Origin: Candidatus Dadabacteria bacterium
GTDB taxonomy: Bacteria; Desulfobacterota_D; UBA1144; Nemesobacterales; CSP1-2
Assembly: GCA_963805855.1 (NCBI GenBank)
Contig: CAWDVW010000005.1
Span: forward strand, 768,001-832,000
DNA: 64,000 nucleotides
Direction: 5' to 3'
The translations under genes and the position numbers were made by a program. The notes below the pieces were generated by a model that saw nothing but the letters and a program-made list of their open reading frames with translations, was not told the origin of the DNA and did not search any database. Below are positions 62,467-64,000 of the stretch, piece after piece. Position 1 is the stretch's first letter. Each line of letters begins with the position of its first letter.

Positions 62467-62511
62467 GGCGGAGAGCGCGTCGCAACAACCGGATGATGAG
62501 GATAAGGTTAC

Positions 62512-63204
62512 GTGAAGTCTAACAGTGAAAGACACTTTTCGCAAAGGATCGGCTGGCTACGGGCGGCGGTACTGGGCGCCAACGACGGCATCGTATCTAC
62601 GGCGAGCTTAGTAATGGGCGTCGCAGCCGCCGATGCCGCGCGTGGAAATGTATTAATTGCAGGTGTCGCGGGGCTGGTTGCTGGTGCAATGTCAATGGCC
62701 GCTGGTGAGTATGTCTCGGTTAGCTCACAAGCCGACACGGAGAAAGCTGACTTACACCGAGAGCGACTTGAGCTTGAATCTAACCCTGAGTTTGAACGCC
62801 GAGAATTGGCTCGAATATACGTTGAAAGGGGCCTGGATTCTTCCCTTGCCAGCCAAGTAGCTGAGCAACTAATGAAACACGACCCACTAGCAGCCCACGC
62901 GCGCGATGAATTGGGCCTATCGGAGGCGCATTCTGCGCGCCCCGTTCAAGCGGCTTTAGCTTCAGCCGGCACCTTCGCCGTGGGTGCTGCTCTACCTCTC
63001 TTGATGGTGTTGATTGCACCGCCGAGATTACTCATGGCTTCTGTAGCAGGGAGTTCGTTGGTCTTTCTTGCCCTTTTGGGGTGCTTGGCTGCGCGTGCTG
63101 GTGGTGCCAACATGGTAATTAGCGCAGGTCGCGTTACTTTCTGGGGCGCACTGGCTATGGCCCTCACTGCCGGAATTGGAGCGCTGTTCGGAGCCGTAAT
63201 TTGA
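62512..63204 (+). CDS. VIT1/CCC1 family Fe/Mn transporter (cassette gene)
   Basis: WLRAAVLGANDGIVS, SMAAGEYVSVSSQ, HARDELG. Confidence 0.95.
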   Translation: MKSNSERHFSQRIGWLRAAVLGANDGIVSTASLVMGVAAADAARGNVLIAGVAGLVAGAMSMAAGEYVSVSSQADTEKADLHRERLELESNPEFERRELARIYVERGLDSSLASQVAEQLMKHDPLAAHARDELGLSEAHSARPVQAALASAGTFAVGAALPLLMVLIAPPRLLMASVAGSSLVFLALLGCLAARAGGANMVISAGRVTFWGALAMALTAGIGALFGAVI

Positions 63205-63221
63205 AAAGGAACAGGGCGGCC

Positions 63222-63280
63222 ACATAACAAGTCGCTGCAACAGACCAGCTAACGCTAGCTGCTGAACTCTGTCGTTATAC
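63222..63280 (+). other. attC site (59 bp)
   Basis: ACATAAC...GTTATAC, central CAGCTA-ACGC-TAGCTG hairpin; ACATAAC is the exact complement of GTTATGT at the cassette start. Confidence 0.8.
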
Positions 63281-63457
63281 GACTTAATTTGCAAATTATA
63301 AGGGTCAAACTAAAGGTATTAACCCCACACTCGCCCTACCCGAAAATTCTCAAGCCATCCCTCAAACTCAGGTGGTGAAATATATACCCGCTTGCAAGTT
63401 TTATGCTTTGAAATTTAATCCCAATTGAGAAGAAAATGGCCGTATACTTTTATTAGG

Positions 63458-63646
63458 ATGAAATTAGTCTGTGCCTGGTGTGAGAGTGTTATAGCAGGGC
63501 CAATAATAGGTATTGAGGGTGGTGATGAGGTAGCCCCTTTCATCTGCAAAGGCTGTTTCTACGAGGTGTTTGAGGAAGGCGATAAGGCAGATATTTCCGA
63601 GCTATATGCAGCGATACAGGCTAAGAGTGGAAGATATGAGAATTAG
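63458..63646 (+). CDS. Small CxxC...CxxC (zinc-binding) protein
   Basis: MKLVCAWC...ICKGC; 5' end duplicated at 61506. Confidence 0.6.
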   Translation: MKLVCAWCESVIAGPIIGIEGGDEVAPFICKGCFYEVFEEGDKADISELYAAIQAKSGRYEN

Positions 63647-63670
63647 GTCAGAGTATGAACGACATAATAA

Positions 63671-63874
63671 TTAGTTTCCGCAATTCGAGCATTTAAAATG
63701 GTTGGGATTCGATTTTATAAAATCTAGTAACTCATTAAGATCATCTATGGTTGGGATATCGTCTCGCAGGTGAACAGGTTTTTTGCACACGTTGCGATAT
63801 CTCGCTATTTCAATTTGATCTCTACCTCCCATTTCTGGAGAACTAACTCTAATTAAAAATTTATCAGCAGACAT
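63671..63874 (-). CDS. Small hypothetical protein, possibly degenerate zinc ribbon
   Basis: GGGGGAAG RBS-like sequence; C-terminal CSNC. Confidence 0.4.
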   Translation of the reverse strand: MSADKFLIRVSSPEMGGRDQIEIARYRNVCKKPVHLRDDIPTIDDLNELLDFIKSNPNHFKCSNCGN

Positions 63875-64000
63875 GATTTACTTCCCCCCAAGTAAGTAGG
63901 ACCAAAGCAGATTGTTGCTATATTATTACCTAATCGGGTTCATTGGGTCTACCCCTCTCTGTCAAGCCCAGCCTAAGTTGAAATCATAGAGAATGTAACC

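Noticed and set aside
48026-64000. attR duplications of the tRNA-Ala or tRNA-Met 3' ends
   Set aside because: None found by eye; island right ends are eroded or outside the window

Overview
Bacterial chromosomal window with a visibly AT-rich host backbone; the lineage cannot be fixed from sequence alone. It has four zones. (1) 0.7-18 kb: a partly GC-rich periplasmic sulfatase-associated cluster (two frameshifted DUF3604 genes, PPIase, HupE/UreJ, Cys-type sulfatase, DUF2092, Gly/Gln-rich protein, OM barrel, patatin, octaheme-TPR protein). (2) 18-33 kb: dacB and polA, then a PAS-PAS-GAF sigma54 activator lying between two operons that each have a consensus -24/-12 promoter; one operon encodes a cytochrome P460, the other an ECF sigma factor. 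(3) 33-47.6 kb: housekeeping genes (thiL, two CNNM, hisB, hisH, slt, queF, tRNA-Gln, Nif3, leuA, Ycf46-like AAA). (4) 47.6-64 kb: two related tRNA-anchored islands (tRNA-Ala with a truncated integrase; tRNA-Met with an intact tyrosine integrase, RHH and TerS-like genes). The most unusual signals are in zone 4: two homologous promoter+attI-like platforms each loaded with a different integron-type gene cassette although no intI is present; two paralogous candidate sRNAs with anti-Shine-Dalgarno motifs transcribed divergently from the two tRNAs; a c-di-GMP-I riboswitch with a shortened P2; a four-copy backbone repeat; and several solo IS ends at cargo boundaries. No CRISPR array or rRNA was seen. 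All family assignments come from motif recognition, not database searches.
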